Shown here in pieces: positions 61,771 through 64,000 of a stretch of 64,000 nucleotides of DNA (the first letter of the stretch is position 1; every line of letters begins with the position of its first letter). The notes under the pieces are model-generated. The model had not been told where the DNA came from. It worked only from the letters and a program-made list of their open reading frames with translations, and made no database searches. This stretch comes from Squalus acanthias (taxonomy: Eukaryota): contig CM059430.1 in NCBI GenBank assembly GCA_030390025.1, positions 4,526,001-4,590,000 of the forward strand, in the 5' to 3' direction. The position numbers and the translations under genes are program-made.

Positions 61771-63476
61771 TCTGTCTTCTGTTTTTTCCAGGACACCCTC
61801 TACCACACACCATACTTCAGTGAGGAATCCAGACTGGTGACTTGCTCCCACGACTCCATCCATGCTGTTCTGTCAACTGCTTCAAAATACACAAGAGTGT
61901 CCTGGTAACTAGGCCTCTAATTTTCCCTCCCTTTTATGGGCCACTTCAGAGAGGGAACCCTGTGGTGCCGATGTTGGAGCTCAGACATGCTGCAGATTCT
62001 TCAACCAAGTTCTGAAATCGAAGTTTAGTTAGTTTTACACAGTTTCTTGTTTGTGACATAAAGCAAGTTCAGTGATGAGTAGTAAATAATTTTGCACTCG
62101 GGTTCCAGAGGCAAATCTCCATCAGATTGCCAACAATCAGGTTCAAAACACACACACAGCGCACTGTTTTAGTAGGAAGAACAAACTTGCCTTTATATAG
62201 CGATTTGCATCTTAAGGATTTTTTAAAAAATGTTTTAATTCAATTTTAATACTGTTGGGTTAACATCACACCAGTCTTCATAACCCTCCAATTTAAGGTT
62301 TAGTGACTGATGCAACAGTGCTCTTACTACATATGTCCCTTTACAACACTTTCAACCTCAGGCATTATGAAATGTTCTTCAATCACTTCTGTAATCCTCA
62401 GGTCAGCAGAGTAGAACCCACAACTACAGTTGTTACTTATGTATGAAACGTAAAATGGAGTGATCAGGTAGCTACAAAATGTAATCAGATGAGTTTCGCG
62501 TTTACAAAGAAAAAGTGTTAAAAATAATGTTTTAGCTGCACAGCCCTTTATGTCGGACCTGTGGAAAGAGTTAAAAGAGGCCTCGCTTTCCTTTCTTTTC
62601 ACGGCTTCCACCAGAATAAAGCCTCATGGCTGAAATATCATGTACAACCATTTTCTTTTTCAGCACTTCCCCCTAGAAGCATCTTTTATTGCTCAAGAGT
62701 TGAAGTGAAAGGCTTATATTCAGTCACTTAGCTTTGTGGAAAAAAATGTCAATGTTTTTTTTGTTGGAAGTACAGAACACTCCTCTTGTGTACAAATAGC
62801 ACAGATTCCCAACAAAGGAAGGGGCACATTGCTCCTTTACTGTCGATAATTCTACCTTTGGTACTGTTCAGTGAATTGAGAGCTGAGATTTTGAACTTGG
62901 TGATGCTGGAACTTCCTCAGCTACCGCTTCTCAGCACCATCATTTCAATGACATTTGTTGCAGCATCTCAGCCTGTGGAAACTGTGGCTGGAACACCTGC
63001 TGCGACACTAGGGAAATCTCACTATTTCACTAAACTATATCTGAAGGAATAGAAAAATAGATTTGGAGTTTAAAATCTCACAACTAGTATTATATATTAA
63101 TAAAGGAGCTGATTCTCTCTCACACACACAAATGAGTTAGAAATACAGTTACTTATAATTTGAATATACGTAAAATCCATCAATAAGCTTTTTTTTTGAA
63201 AAAAACCCATCAGAACCCCCTTAAGTCACATTTACAAAGAATTATAATTGTTTCTCATGCTTTGATTTTGTTCTGTCCATCTTGGTTGATTTTTTTTACT
63301 TAGAGAGCAAGTTCTAATTACAACATGGGAGGGGGTGTTTTTTGGCTTCAAAGGACAATTGAGCCCAATAAACAATGTGATGGAGATGCTTAACACACAG
63401 TTGATGCTGAAACAATGCTAAGTTTATGACCAGTTCTAGTAATATCATTTCAGCTCCCTCACACAGTCAGACTCAA

Positions 63477-63533
63477 TAGCCCAGATTTTCTGAACCGTGT
63501 TGTTATAATCTGACGATGGGAAAATCTAGGCTA
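63477..63533. mobile_element. 57-bp TIR-only mini-element
   Basis: tagcccagattttc ... gaaaatctaggcta (13/14 inverted match), with termini similar to the larger MITEs. Confidence 0.45.
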
Positions 63534-64000
63534 GTAACCCCTTCAAACCAATAACCCTGATGGTGTCATCGGCACTTCACTATTTAAACAAAACATACAA
63601 AAAACAAAAATTGACAGAGCAAGATAAAAGAACATTGCAATTTCTCATTAGTATCACTTTTCTAATAGGAGACTTCATGCCTCTATTTCGAGTCTAATTA
63701 TTGTACATCTCTTGTGTCCAATACTTTACATGGAATTCCCTGTTATATGTAATAAAGTTAAGTAAGATGAGGGTAATTAGCACATAATGTCTGTCTATAA
63801 ACATCTTAAGTTTCAACTAAAGTAAAAATCAGTTCAGGATCGTAGCTAAATGTGGCCACATTTTTTAAACAAAAATTATACAACAAGAATTGTGGGCTAT
63901 CCCTGATCAGACTTTCAATTCCTTTAACAGAACCCAGTTCATTTTATAACCGGGTTTAATTTCTATATCAAGATCCTTTTAGGGTAAAAGGAATGGATTG

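Overview
AT-rich vertebrate genomic DNA, most likely from a cartilaginous fish (shark). This is inferred from the repeat content: SacSINE1/DeuSINE-type SINEs, shark-type CR1 and L2 LINE 3' ends, and Penelope GIY-YIG fragments. I cannot identify any host protein-coding exon. Every ORF I recognise is a transposon remnant, so the window reads as a large intron or gene desert, with one 160-N assembly gap. It contains many 5'-truncated CR1/L2 LINEs and tRNA-derived SINEs. It also has about a dozen GG-terminated MITE-like elements, a decayed two-gene Harbinger element (transposase plus Myb/SANT), two small hAT-like MITEs nested in other MITEs, and a clean solo LTR with a 5-bp TSD. Several repeat-poor, motif-dense blocks look like conserved non-coding enhancers. 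The most notable signal is a pair of Penelope-derived insertions whose terminal repeats carry minimal type I hammerhead ribozyme motifs. One of them is a 432-bp ORF-less inverted-repeat element with a 12-bp TSD. Family names come from recognition of motifs, not from database searches.
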